Shown piece by piece: positions 1 through 9,085 of a DNA stretch of 64,000 nucleotides; position 1 is the first letter of the stretch, and every line of letters starts with the position of its first letter. A model generated the notes under the pieces. That model ran no database searches, was not told where the DNA came from, and was given only the letters and a program-made list of their open reading frames with translations. The stretch comes from a virus (lineage: Duplodnaviria; Caudoviricetes): the IMG/VR virus record IMGVR_UViG_3300037991_001277, positions 1-64,000 of that record; one strand, given 5' to 3'. Both the position numbers and the translations under genes were made by a program.

Positions 1-472
1 CCCATACGGGTGGGGGTCAAGGGGCTAGAGGCTTGCGGCATAACGCTGTACTGAAGAGCAGCGGTAGGCTACCCGTTAGCGTGGGGCAGGGTATAAAGCA
101 GCACTGCGTAGCCAAAGGCTGAGCAGTACCACGGTCTATAGAAAGTAGCCTAGTGCAACCCCATAAGTCAGCGTCAGGCAAGCCCTACTCGCAGCGCAAC
201 GCTGCTACGCAGCGTGGTGCTGCTCGTCTATGAGTGGCTTGTTACGCCAACCAATAGCGTGCGGCTGCGCCCACCCGAAACAGGCTTGCAGTGCCTTGTT
301 ACGCAGGGCTAGTTACGCCCCTTAGCCGGAGGAATGTAGTTACGCCCCCTAGTTACGCTTCTTATGACCACGCATACCTCTCCAGCAAAAAAAAATTACA
401 AAAAAAAATTGACCCCTGCGTAGTCCTTTGATTACCGGATTATTGATAGGTTAGTTACGCATCGGGCTAGTC
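1..472. other. GC-rich non-coding region with GTTACGC repeats, hairpins and A-tracts; candidate genome end, packaging site or origin region
   Basis: No ORF in the track; visibly more GC-rich than the coding DNA; GTTACGC at 241, 298, 312, 339, 352 and 454; A9 tracts at 387-395 and 400-408. Confidence 0.45.
241..460 (+). repeat. Six direct copies of GTTACGC, four of them as TAGTTACGC
   Basis: Read directly at 241-247, 298-304, 312-318, 339-345, 352-358 and 454-460. Confidence 0.85.
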
Positions 473-946
473 ATGGCTGACGCTTTTGCTACTGCATTCT
501 CCTTCTTGAAGGCTTTGCAGCCCTCGCCTCACCACATGGATGAGGGGTTATCTGAGGAGCAAATGCGCCATTACAATAACATGCAGCGATTTAAGGCACG
601 CTTTGGAACAGGTGAGGCTGAACACCCACTACCTATGCCTGAGTCTATGCCTCTACGCAACTTAAACCCCGGACAGTACCCATTCAGTGGGCCGGGTGGC
701 CCAAGAATGAGCAGTCTACCTGACCCTACCATAGAGCCTGAAAACCAAGCACCTGAGCCTCCTATGCATTTACACCCATACATGATGGATTACATAGAAG
801 AACAGATGGGAGACCAACCTCGACCAATTAAACCAGTCAATGTTAGTGGTAACCCAATGGGTAGACTGAAAGAAGGCGATATACAAAACCTAGCAGAAGA
901 GTTTCATATTCCTATGAAGAAGGCATGGGAGTTTTTGAGAAGGTGA
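473..946 (+). CDS. Hypothetical Pro/Met-rich protein with the AW/AF-x-x-LK tag at both ends
   Basis: 157-aa ORF; N-terminus MADAFATAFSFLKA, C-terminus PMKKAWEFLRR. Confidence 0.7.
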   Translation: MADAFATAFSFLKALQPSPHHMDEGLSEEQMRHYNNMQRFKARFGTGEAEHPLPMPESMPLRNLNPGQYPFSGPGGPRMSSLPDPTIEPENQAPEPPMHLHPYMMDYIEEQMGDQPRPIKPVNVSGNPMGRLKEGDIQNLAEEFHIPMKKAWEFLRR

Positions 947-952
947 AGAGAT

Positions 953-2074
953 GTGTCACCTTTTGAGCAAGCCTACCAAGTCCTAAAAGACGACCAAGAC
1001 GACCCACGATACAGACCTATTTTGATGGGTGATTGGGGAGAAGATGACTACGGTGGGCGAGATAAAGTTGAAGAGCAATATTTACCACAGATTCTAAGAG
1101 ATTGGAGAGGCGGTAGGTCAGGAAAAATAGGTCATGGGGCAAACCGATATGCATTAGTTGGTGACAAGACTGTAGAAAAAATACCTCAAAGTTGGGGTTA
1201 TGCACAAGATAAAACTTCATTGGCTATGATAAATGCACTTGCTTCACTTGGTTATCCTATTCTCCCTGAAAGACCTATTGCTACAAATAACCCTCGCTTT
1301 TTCCCAACAGAACAAGATAAAGTAGACATGAGTTTTAGAGATTATATTGACCCACTTATTTATGCTGATGATGAAGAATCACAAAGAGAATTGAAGGAAC
1401 ATAGACGGGTTTTTATGAATGAATTAAGAGACCTTGACACAGAGGTTGCTGAATCTCCACTAGGATATGCTTTAGATGTGGGTGACATAATAGAAAATGA
1501 AGAAAATGTAGGCTATGATAAAGACGGAAATCTTGTAGCAATTGACCCCTTTGTAGGCAACGCTTACCCACTTCAAAGATTTGGAAAACTATTACATTCA
1601 ATGACTGGGCGAGTAGGCGGAAATGATAATGCAGAGCGATACTTTGGTAGAAAGGCAAGACAGGGTGCTGGTAGGAACTGGCGTAGAAATCCCCATTCAG
1701 GTACAAGTCAAAAAGATAAGTTAAAGTGGATGTATCGAGGCTTCAAAGATGTACCTCCAATGCAACTTGACTCGTTTACTCAATTATATCACGACCAAGA
1801 GCAATTCAAACCGTGGGATGCTGCCGAGCAAAAATTGCTTGACGACCCTTCTGCATTTGGTGAATACGAGCCAAATCCAACTCAAAGAGAACAATTAGAA
1901 AATGTAATTGCTGCTGGCCGTGGTAATTATAGAGCAGCAGGTAATGCTTTACAATGGATGAATACTCCTCCTGAGCAAAAACGCCTGTATGAGTTTGGTG
2001 ATAATGAACACGCAAGGCGTTACAGATATATGTTAGATTTCTTAAAACCTGAACCTGAACCTGATAGTTTTTGA
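953..2074 (+). CDS. Tagged protein with a protein-kinase-like fold (possibly a pseudokinase)
   Basis: GTG start after AGGTGA; tag MSPFEQAYQVLKD; Gly-loop-like KIGHGANRYALVGDKTVEKIP; catalytic-loop/DFG-like GDIIENEENVGYDKDGNLVAIDP. Confidence 0.5.
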   Translation: MSPFEQAYQVLKDDQDDPRYRPILMGDWGEDDYGGRDKVEEQYLPQILRDWRGGRSGKIGHGANRYALVGDKTVEKIPQSWGYAQDKTSLAMINALASLGYPILPERPIATNNPRFFPTEQDKVDMSFRDYIDPLIYADDEESQRELKEHRRVFMNELRDLDTEVAESPLGYALDVGDIIENEENVGYDKDGNLVAIDPFVGNAYPLQRFGKLLHSMTGRVGGNDNAERYFGRKARQGAGRNWRRNPHSGTSQKDKLKWMYRGFKDVPPMQLDSFTQLYHDQEQFKPWDAAEQKLLDDPSAFGEYEPNPTQREQLENVIAAGRGNYRAAGNALQWMNTPPEQKRLYEFGDNEHARRYRYMLDFLKPEPEPDSF

Positions 2075-2123
2075 CTATTGAAAGACCACTAGCCTTTTAT
2101 CAAGCAACATCATCGGATTAAAC

Positions 2124-3029
2124 ATGACCGCATTTGACGATGCCTTTTACATATTGAAAAACGAACACATGTTTGACATGGCATGTGATGCACTGCTCCG
2201 CAAAGGCAAAGCAGAAGAAATGATACAACTACAACAGATGAGGCAGTTTGTTCTTGACAATGAAAACTCACCTGACCCAGCAAAGCGACAAGCGGCTGAG
2301 GACATGTATCAACATCTAACTCGCATTATGAGTGCTCAGTCACGCACTTCACCTATGGTAGCACCTGAAGGGCCAGTTGGCGAAGGTGGTTCTATGGGTG
2401 CTATGGCTGGTAGTGCTCAACCACCTGAGCATCCAATGATGAAGGCTTGGGATAATTTGCGAAAGAATGTGGTCGGTATGCAAGACGGAATACAATACAG
2501 TATGCCTCCATCAGTTGCATCTATGGCTCAACGACCTTTAGTTCCTGAAATGACAACTCAAACATCCCCTGCACCGGGTATATTTGGTCGTTTCAAGCAA
2601 CCAGTAACCACTCAAGTCCCAACTGGTAATATGGTAATGGGTGGCCCACAACCAATGAATGTTCAAGAAAATCCACAAAGCCCTATGGCTGGATTTGGAG
2701 CAGGTCACCCTAATGTTTCAACTCCCGGAGGAATAGAGTCAATGGGAGCAACACCGGGTAGTGCAGTAGAGCGTATGCCTCACCCAAGTCCTTTCAATAT
2801 TCCGGGCCTCCCTCCTAAAATGAGCCTTGCTGGTCAAGGTTACACTGTGGATGATGCTGGCGAATATGTAAGACCGGAAAACCCCTATCAAAGTAAAGAA
2901 GTTAGAGAGCGTTTTGAAGATAAATTAGCCCAACCATTAGGTAGGACTATTGCTGGTATTAGAGATGCGAATACACCGAATCAACAACAAGCGGGCGACC
3001 AATTTAACCGACAGACCCGACAGTTTTGA
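2124..3029 (+). CDS. Hypothetical tagged P/M/Q/G-rich protein
   Basis: 301-aa ORF; MTAFDDAFYILKN at the start, internal HPMMKAWDNLRK; TTTAT box about 25 nt upstream. Confidence 0.7.
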   Translation: MTAFDDAFYILKNEHMFDMACDALLRKGKAEEMIQLQQMRQFVLDNENSPDPAKRQAAEDMYQHLTRIMSAQSRTSPMVAPEGPVGEGGSMGAMAGSAQPPEHPMMKAWDNLRKNVVGMQDGIQYSMPPSVASMAQRPLVPEMTTQTSPAPGIFGRFKQPVTTQVPTGNMVMGGPQPMNVQENPQSPMAGFGAGHPNVSTPGGIESMGATPGSAVERMPHPSPFNIPGLPPKMSLAGQGYTVDDAGEYVRPENPYQSKEVRERFEDKLAQPLGRTIAGIRDANTPNQQQAGDQFNRQTRQF

Positions 3030-3081
3030 TGTCGCTTCATAAGCGATATGCTTTTGTTTAAGCACGCTTTGGCATTAGATA

Positions 3082-5073
3082 ATGCCGAGTGAAAACTACG
3101 ACTTCATCTCAGGGGATTCTCCTGATGAAATCGAGAAGTATTTTCAACTTTTGACAAAAATACCACAGGCATTCAAAGGTATCAAAGCAGGTGTAAAAAA
3201 TCTTGCTGGTAAAGTCGGTGTCAAAGGCGGAGGCTCGGTAACAGAAGCAGCAGGTGCTGCAAAAGAGGCAGCAGGTGCTGCTGAAGGTATGGCTAGTGCT
3301 GCTGAAGCAGTGGAGTCTGCTGCACCTAAGCCGAGTTTACCCAAAGCAAGTGATGGAACAGACAGCGTACCTTTACCTGAATCACCTGCTGCTGAACCAG
3401 CGGCTGAAATGCCTGAACCTGAAGAACCAAGTGGGGCTGGTGGTAACAAGACTGATTACAAAAAAATCGGTATGCAGTTAGCCGGACAGATGCAAGCACA
3501 AAATGCTCAGAGAAAACAAGCGCAAGAGCAGCGTGCTATGGAAATGGCTAGGCGTGGTGCATCGGTACAAACTGGTGAGCCAATGAACCTTGCTTGGCGT
3601 TTGCTCAAAAATATTGATGAAGTTCAATTGTGTCCAACTTGTCAAGGTGTTGGTTTTGGATGTAGGTATTGTAAAGGAACAGGGCTTGCTGATAATGAAC
3701 GATTTCATCCCGAAGATACAACTAATGAATATCCGGGTTATGATGAAGATTGGCCTTATCCAACAGATAAAAAAATAGGGCAAACTGTGCCGGATGCGCA
3801 AAAGACAGATGATGGAAAACCTATCACTTTTTTCCATAATACTGAAGATTGGCTTGCTTCAAGACCCGAACCCATCAAAATGCGAACTAATTCTCAAGAC
3901 CAACCTTCATTTATGTATATGCCTTTTGCGGGTGCAAGTAAAGAAATGAAAAACCCTGCGGCTAAGATTTTTCGCAGAAGCGAACCCATGAACCTTGTTT
4001 GGCGGTTGCTCAAAGAAGAAGATGATGAAGTTCCCGACCCTCGTAAGTTCAAAATGCCTCAAGAAGATTATGTCGAGGCACTAAGAGAAAGAGCGAAGAG
4101 AATCAAAGGGCGACAAGCAGACCCCAACATGGCTGAAAATACAGAAAATGTACCAATGGGTCTGAAAGAAAAAGTGCCATTTACTCAGCCACCGGGCGGT
4201 GGGCCTATTCAATTACCGACTAAATTAACGCCTCCTAATGCTAGTCAAGGAATACAAAGAAGAGTTCATCCATTTACAAGAGAGGGTACATTTGAAGGAT
4301 TACCACTAGATACACCTGACGCTGACCCTAAAAAATACTTCACTCGCAGTGAAGCGATGGATATTGCATATCAATTGTTAAAGTTTGAAGAACTAACAGA
4401 TATGCACGCACCTGCTCCAAGAAACTTCAATGAGTATTTTGGTATCAAAGATTCATGGGTGAGTTTACCAAAAGAGGGGATGGATGCACGACCTCAATTA
4501 TATGATGAAGTAGCCAACGCTATGAACATCGCTTACAAACCAGTGGGTGGTCACGATAAATACAGTGATGGTAATGATTTGAAAAATGAAAGCAAGCACG
4601 CTCGGTATGATATGATTGACAATGACCAAGACCCATATGTAGACGCAGCAAGAGTATTTTCTCAACAAGAGCAAGGGTTCAAAGCATCTATTACCGCACA
4701 TGACGGACAACCAGCAGCAAAGCGTGCTGCTGTAGACCATATGATGGAGCATATGCAAATACCGGGTCATTACATAGAAGTTAGTGGAGCATGGCCTAGA
4801 ATCTTTGACAAACAAGGTATGCAACCTATTACAGACTATGACCATATTAGAGAATTAGTAAACAGACCTTTGCGTGAAACTGAAACAGCACCGGGTACTT
4901 ACACTCGCAAAATAGGAGAGAATGAGCGAGAAAAACAAATATTTGGCTCACCAATGAGAGATGGTGCTACTTGGGCTGATGACTTTATGCAACAAGCAAC
5001 AGAAGCAAGTAGAAACAATTCGGCTCTAGTTTTGAATGATTATAATTTTCCAAAATCAGTAGGAGTGATGTAA
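3082..5073 (+). CDS. Modular polyprotein-like protein with three EPM..LLK tags, including a DnaJ-type CxxCxGxG zinc-finger module
   Basis: 663-aa ORF; tags TGEPMNLAWRLLK (3571), SEPMNLVWRLLK (3979), SEAMDIAYQLLK (4348); CPTCQGVGFGCRYCKGTG just after the first tag. Confidence 0.75.
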   Translation: MPSENYDFISGDSPDEIEKYFQLLTKIPQAFKGIKAGVKNLAGKVGVKGGGSVTEAAGAAKEAAGAAEGMASAAEAVESAAPKPSLPKASDGTDSVPLPESPAAEPAAEMPEPEEPSGAGGNKTDYKKIGMQLAGQMQAQNAQRKQAQEQRAMEMARRGASVQTGEPMNLAWRLLKNIDEVQLCPTCQGVGFGCRYCKGTGLADNERFHPEDTTNEYPGYDEDWPYPTDKKIGQTVPDAQKTDDGKPITFFHNTEDWLASRPEPIKMRTNSQDQPSFMYMPFAGASKEMKNPAAKIFRRSEPMNLVWRLLKEEDDEVPDPRKFKMPQEDYVEALRERAKRIKGRQADPNMAENTENVPMGLKEKVPFTQPPGGGPIQLPTKLTPPNASQGIQRRVHPFTREGTFEGLPLDTPDADPKKYFTRSEAMDIAYQLLKFEELTDMHAPAPRNFNEYFGIKDSWVSLPKEGMDARPQLYDEVANAMNIAYKPVGGHDKYSDGNDLKNESKHARYDMIDNDQDPYVDAARVFSQQEQGFKASITAHDGQPAAKRAAVDHMMEHMQIPGHYIEVSGAWPRIFDKQGMQPITDYDHIRELVNRPLRETETAPGTYTRKIGENEREKQIFGSPMRDGATWADDFMQQATEASRNNSALVLNDYNFPKSVGVM

Positions 5074-5074
5074 A

Positions 5075-5239
5075 ATGAAACCGTTTGAAATAGCATGGGA
5101 TTCGCTTGAAAAGAAATTATGCCCTGAAGGTAAAGCCGCTGCAAAACGCAAGTTCAAGGTTTATCCATCAGCATATGCTAATGGGTGGGCTGTGCAATAC
5201 TGCCGTGGTAAGTTCAGGAAAAAGGGGAAAAAGAAATGA
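5075..5239 (+). CDS. Small basic tagged protein, 54 aa, absent from the ORF track
   Basis: Manual translation MKPFEIAWDSLEKKLCPEGKAAAKRKFKVYPSAYANGWAVQYCRGKFRKKGKKK; AGGAGTGA upstream; stop overlaps the next ATG (ATGA). Confidence 0.8.
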   Translation: MKPFEIAWDSLEKKLCPEGKAAAKRKFKVYPSAYANGWAVQYCRGKFRKKGKKK

Positions 5240-5439
5240 TACCTCTTGAAGCAGCATGGGCTGTAATGAAAGCCAAAAAAGATGCACCAAATTACCGTAA
5301 GGCAACTGGGTCAAAAAAATGCGGTAACTGTAAAGCATGGGATTCGTCAAAAACTGACGACCCAATGACTGGTTACTGTGAGTGGTACGACTTTACTTGT
5401 AGAGCCGACCATGTATGTGATGCTTGGGCTGGTGAGTAA
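5236..5439 (+). CDS. Small tagged Cys-rich protein with HiPIP-like (4Fe-4S) or Zn-binding cysteine spacing
   Basis: Tag MIPLEAAWAVMKA, then PNYR...CGNC..W...GYC..Y......VCDAW. Confidence 0.55.
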   Translation: MIPLEAAWAVMKAKKDAPNYRKATGSKKCGNCKAWDSSKTDDPMTGYCEWYDFTCRADHVCDAWAGE

Positions 5440-5440
5440 A

Positions 5441-7612
5441 ATGCCTGAAGAGCCTCGCCCTTTTGCTCTAATACCTATGGAGGATTTATCAGAAATGTTG
5501 AATCCTAATTCAGACAAAATGATGAGGCTACTAGGTAAACACATCCCTAGAGAAATGCTTACTGCTGACCGAGCGCAAGAAGTCTTTAATGCGCTTAAAC
5601 GAGAAGCAGAAATAAGAGAGCGTGACCAAGTATATTTCCCTCTACCTGATGAGCAGCCGCTTAACCAGCAATCAATGTTTAGAACTGAAACAAAGTTTAG
5701 TCCTAAGTTCCAAGATATAATGACAGGCGAACCAATGAACCTTGCTTGGCGGTTGCTCAAAGAGTATGATATTGAAGATGTTAAGAGATTGCTTGTAGGT
5801 GAAGGTGCTCATAGAGATTGGATAGAAAGGAATGCAAAAAAACTTCAACCCGGCTCTAATAGAGATTTACCAAGACCTCATGCTCTTTTATCCCATAAAG
5901 AACTGAGAGAGTTAGAGGCGCAAATGCAATATGACCCTAATTCTTATTATGAAGGTGAAGAAAAAGAATATACAGACCCGCAAACGGGCGAAGTTAAAAC
6001 CTATAGGGAAAGTTTTTTCAAACCTCATTTCCAAGAGGTTCGTGATGAAATAGATTTAAGAGAATTAGAGAATACACCGTGGGAACTCCCTGCACCACAG
6101 ACATTCAATTTTTTAGGTGGTGAGAGCAAACCAAGTTCTACTACAAGTTTCACAACTGATATGAGTTTCGGTGAGCCTTCTACTCTTGAGAGCATAGAAG
6201 GTAAGAAAAATAGAGGTTTTCAGGATATTTACACAGGCGAACCAATGGATATTGCATTCCAACTACTCAAAGAAGATTCTCTTGACCCTGAAGAGAGGAC
6301 ACCGATTAAAGACGAGAAGGTCAATTATAAGTTTCCATCAGCAGGGCCATATTGGACTTTGAATGATAGGCAAAAGAGAATAGCAGATGCTGTAATAGAT
6401 TTACCAAGTGAATATTTATCTGAAGAAGGGTGGGATGGATATGACTTTGACCATTTATTTGCAGAGGGTCACGAAACTGTTCCCGACCAAGAATATGACC
6501 GGCTAGAAGCCGCACTAAGATACTTCAAGACATACATCAAAAACCACATGGCTCACCCCGATACTGATAAATCACCTAAGTTTTTAGAATCATGGGATGA
6601 CCCTCGCCATCCGTGGGCTATGGCTAGGCATATGGCGTTTTACAGAGATACTGAGCCATATGACCATTTTTCTGAAGATTTCAAAGAGGCTAACAAAAGC
6701 GAACCAATGGATTTAGCATTTGATGCAATTAAGAAAAATCTAAACCGATGGTTCAAGGAAAAGTGGGTTGATGTATCTCGTAAAGACAAGGATGGTAAGC
6801 ACCCACCATGCGGTAGAAGCAAGGCAAAAAAATCTAGTAAGGGCTATCCAAAATGCAGACCTAGTGTAAAGGTATCAAGTAAAACTCCAAAAACTTCAGG
6901 CTCAATGACTGAGGGGCAAAAGGCTGCTGCAACAAAACGCAAGCGCAGTAAAAAACAAGGTGTAGGTGGCAAGCCTACTATCGTAAAAGAAGATTTTCTG
7001 AGTGACCCTATGAGTGACTTTAACATGATGGTGGCTTTACAAGACGAAGCGTACAAATTGGCTGAATTGAATACGCCTTATTCTCGTGAAAAATATCCTG
7101 AGTATGATGACTATGTAGAGGAGATAGAATACCAAGGAGAAAACATTCTTATGCAAATGATGAACAAACCTGAGTATGCACATTTGAGAGAAAGATACAA
7201 GCAAAGTATACCAGTAATGACCGAAACAGATGAGTTTCCCCAAGACTTCATTAACGCAAACAAAGGTAGTCCGATAGAAATTGCATTTAGATTATTAAAA
7301 GCACCACGCATACCTCGTAAAAAAGGACAACCCGCTGGTTCAAAGAAACATTCTGATTTGTATACTGACGAAAATCCAAAAGGCACTATACATGGTTTAG
7401 GTTTCAAGAACCCAGCAAAGGCTCGCCAATCAGTATCTAAAATTAAAAACAGTAGCCGTAGTCATGCTCACAAAACACAGGCGGCTATTGCTATGGAACA
7501 AAGAGCACGAGAGATGGGTAAGAAACAAGAGGCCGGTGTTTATCGTAATTTTATTGAGCAACAAAAAAAGAAAACTCAAAATATGAAAAAGATGGTAGGT
7601 GTAAAACAATGA
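5441..7612 (+). CDS. Modular polyprotein-like protein with four tags, mixing acidic and very basic phage-type modules
   Basis: Track ORF 5378..7612; the ATG at 5441 follows GGTGAG and is the more likely start; tags at 5723, 6233, 6698 and 7265; basic modules NLNRWFKEKWVDV..CGR..YPKCRP and HSDLYTDENPKGTIHGLGF..MEQRA. Confidence 0.75.
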   Translation: MPEEPRPFALIPMEDLSEMLNPNSDKMMRLLGKHIPREMLTADRAQEVFNALKREAEIRERDQVYFPLPDEQPLNQQSMFRTETKFSPKFQDIMTGEPMNLAWRLLKEYDIEDVKRLLVGEGAHRDWIERNAKKLQPGSNRDLPRPHALLSHKELRELEAQMQYDPNSYYEGEEKEYTDPQTGEVKTYRESFFKPHFQEVRDEIDLRELENTPWELPAPQTFNFLGGESKPSSTTSFTTDMSFGEPSTLESIEGKKNRGFQDIYTGEPMDIAFQLLKEDSLDPEERTPIKDEKVNYKFPSAGPYWTLNDRQKRIADAVIDLPSEYLSEEGWDGYDFDHLFAEGHETVPDQEYDRLEAALRYFKTYIKNHMAHPDTDKSPKFLESWDDPRHPWAMARHMAFYRDTEPYDHFSEDFKEANKSEPMDLAFDAIKKNLNRWFKEKWVDVSRKDKDGKHPPCGRSKAKKSSKGYPKCRPSVKVSSKTPKTSGSMTEGQKAAATKRKRSKKQGVGGKPTIVKEDFLSDPMSDFNMMVALQDEAYKLAELNTPYSREKYPEYDDYVEEIEYQGENILMQMMNKPEYAHLRERYKQSIPVMTETDEFPQDFINANKGSPIEIAFRLLKAPRIPRKKGQPAGSKKHSDLYTDENPKGTIHGLGFKNPAKARQSVSKIKNSSRSHAHKTQAAIAMEQRAREMGKKQEAGVYRNFIEQQKKKTQNMKKMVGVKQ

Positions 7613-7923
7613 GTGCATTTGACGAAGCATGGGATTTGCTTGAAAAAGGCAAAAAGAAATCTAAGCCGTTTCATGGATATAACCCGAAACGGCATCACAA
7701 AAAAGGTGGATTAAACGCTAAAGGCAGAGCCAAGTTCAAGCGTGAAACTGGCGCAAACCTAAAGCCACCAGTTACAACTAAGCCATCCAAACTCAAGCCG
7801 GGTAGTAAAAGGGCAAAGAGGCGTAAATCATTTTGCGCTCGTATGGGTGGTATGAAAGGGCCGACCAGTAAGAAAGGTAAACTTACACCAAAAGGTGCAG
7901 CGTTAAAGAGATGGAATTGTTAG
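7609..7923 (+). CDS. Tagged, highly basic protein resembling the DUF6321-type phage family
   Basis: MSAFDEAWDLLEK, then GGLNAKGRA..NLKPPV..RRKSFCARM..LKRWNC; family recalled from motif, not searched. Confidence 0.65.
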   Translation: MSAFDEAWDLLEKGKKKSKPFHGYNPKRHHKKGGLNAKGRAKFKRETGANLKPPVTTKPSKLKPGSKRAKRRKSFCARMGGMKGPTSKKGKLTPKGAALKRWNC

Positions 7924-7924
7924 T

Positions 7925-8356
7925 ATGACAGATATTGGTATAATCCGTAAAGAGCGTAAATCTCCTGAAGCAAAGCGTCATAAAAAAGAATATGACACAA
8001 AGTATGAGTCATCGCCTGAGCGAATCAAATACCGAGAAGAGTTGAATAGAGAAAGACGAAAGCGTGGTATGTACGGTGACCACTCTCACCGTGACATTTC
8101 TCATACCGAAGGTGGTAAATTGACAGTAGAAGATGAGCACGATAATCGAGCACGACATTTCCGAGAGAAAGGCACAAAACGCCCTTTAACAAAAGGACTG
8201 AGAGGCGATTTAGAGTTGTTAAGAAATCTTATGAATGGGCCAATGGATGAGCAAGACAAAAAGATAGCACAGGCTCTTCTTACATCGTTAGATGACTACA
8301 AACAAGAAGAGGGTGGCGAAGATAGAAAAGAATTGATGCATCCTTATCCATTCTAA
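7925..8356 (+). CDS. Basic protein with an HNH-like (D-x-S-H...N-R-A-R) motif
   Basis: KEYDTKYESSPERIKYREELNRERRKRG..RDISHTEGG..DNRARH resembles small phage HNH-like proteins. Confidence 0.45.
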   Translation: MTDIGIIRKERKSPEAKRHKKEYDTKYESSPERIKYREELNRERRKRGMYGDHSHRDISHTEGGKLTVEDEHDNRARHFREKGTKRPLTKGLRGDLELLRNLMNGPMDEQDKKIAQALLTSLDDYKQEEGGEDRKELMHPYPF

Positions 8357-8460
8357 GTTGTCCGACTTGTCTAATGTCTGATATAGACAAATAATATATT
8401 CTTGTAAAATGTATAAACAATACAACGGACAACCCGGACAACAGCCCCAGCAACCTTTAT
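8357..8460 (+). promoter_or_regulatory. AT-rich promoter region with nested inverted repeats upstream of the GTPase operon
   Basis: GTTGTCCG (8357-8364) pairs with CGGACAAC (8426-8433 and 8435-8442); TTGTCTA (8367-8373) pairs with TAGACAA (8384-8390); AT-rich core with GTATAAA and TTTAT. Confidence 0.5.
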
Positions 8461-9076
8461 GGTGACCCCCGGAGTGGACATACCAGTGGACACTATGGAC
8501 TCAACTGACCATCACGAAGCAGAAATTAGGCTAATGGGATTGATTTTAGCCCAAAGCACACTTGTTGGAGTAGCAATCGGTATCTTTGATGCTGAGGTTT
8601 GGCTCAAACAAGATAGCGTTTGGATTAACGGATTTACTTATGCTATGGGTGCATTCTTTATGCAAGGAATCGCTTACTACTTTTTCAAAATGTTCTTTGA
8701 GCAAAATCTACAGGAAAAAGTACGACACGGTAACATTGAGAAACAAAGAAACCACCAATACCGTATGATGCAGCAACAGTTTGATAACCGTAGGGCTGAA
8801 ATGGAAATGCGAATGCAAGAAGCGCAACTTGAGCGTGAACTTCGCTGGATGGAGGAAAACCCCGGTCAGATGCCCCCAAGTTGGGGAGTAGCAGGTGGCT
8901 CTCCATCAATGGTAGGCTCATTTGATAGTAGGGGTGGAGGCTCTTCGGTCTTTGATAGTAGCCGTATTCCTACTCACGAGGCAAAAATCCAACAACCACT
9001 TACTCTTGGTATAGATGAAGAAGTACCACTGAAGAAAGACGGCACTCCTGACAAAAGGTATCAAAAGAAAGAGTGA
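8459..9076 (+). CDS. Membrane protein: two TM helices, a coiled coil and a C-terminal KKDGTPDKRY motif
   Basis: Hydrophobic segments LMGLILAQSTLVGVAIGIF and FTYAMGAFFMQGIAYYFF; Q/E/R/M coiled-coil stretch; true start may be GTG 8486 or ATG 8495. Confidence 0.75.
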   Translation: MVTPGVDIPVDTMDSTDHHEAEIRLMGLILAQSTLVGVAIGIFDAEVWLKQDSVWINGFTYAMGAFFMQGIAYYFFKMFFEQNLQEKVRHGNIEKQRNHQYRMMQQQFDNRRAEMEMRMQEAQLERELRWMEENPGQMPPSWGVAGGSPSMVGSFDSRGGGSSVFDSSRIPTHEAKIQQPLTLGIDEEVPLKKDGTPDKRYQKKE

Positions 9077-9085
9077 GGAATATGA

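Noticed and set aside
3571-7300. Repeated ~40-bp sequences separated by unique DNA, considered as a CRISPR array or attC cassette array
   Set aside because: Spacers are hundreds of bp and irregular, the repeats are degenerate, non-palindromic and in frame within ORFs, and no cas or integrase gene is present; they are better explained as coding tags.
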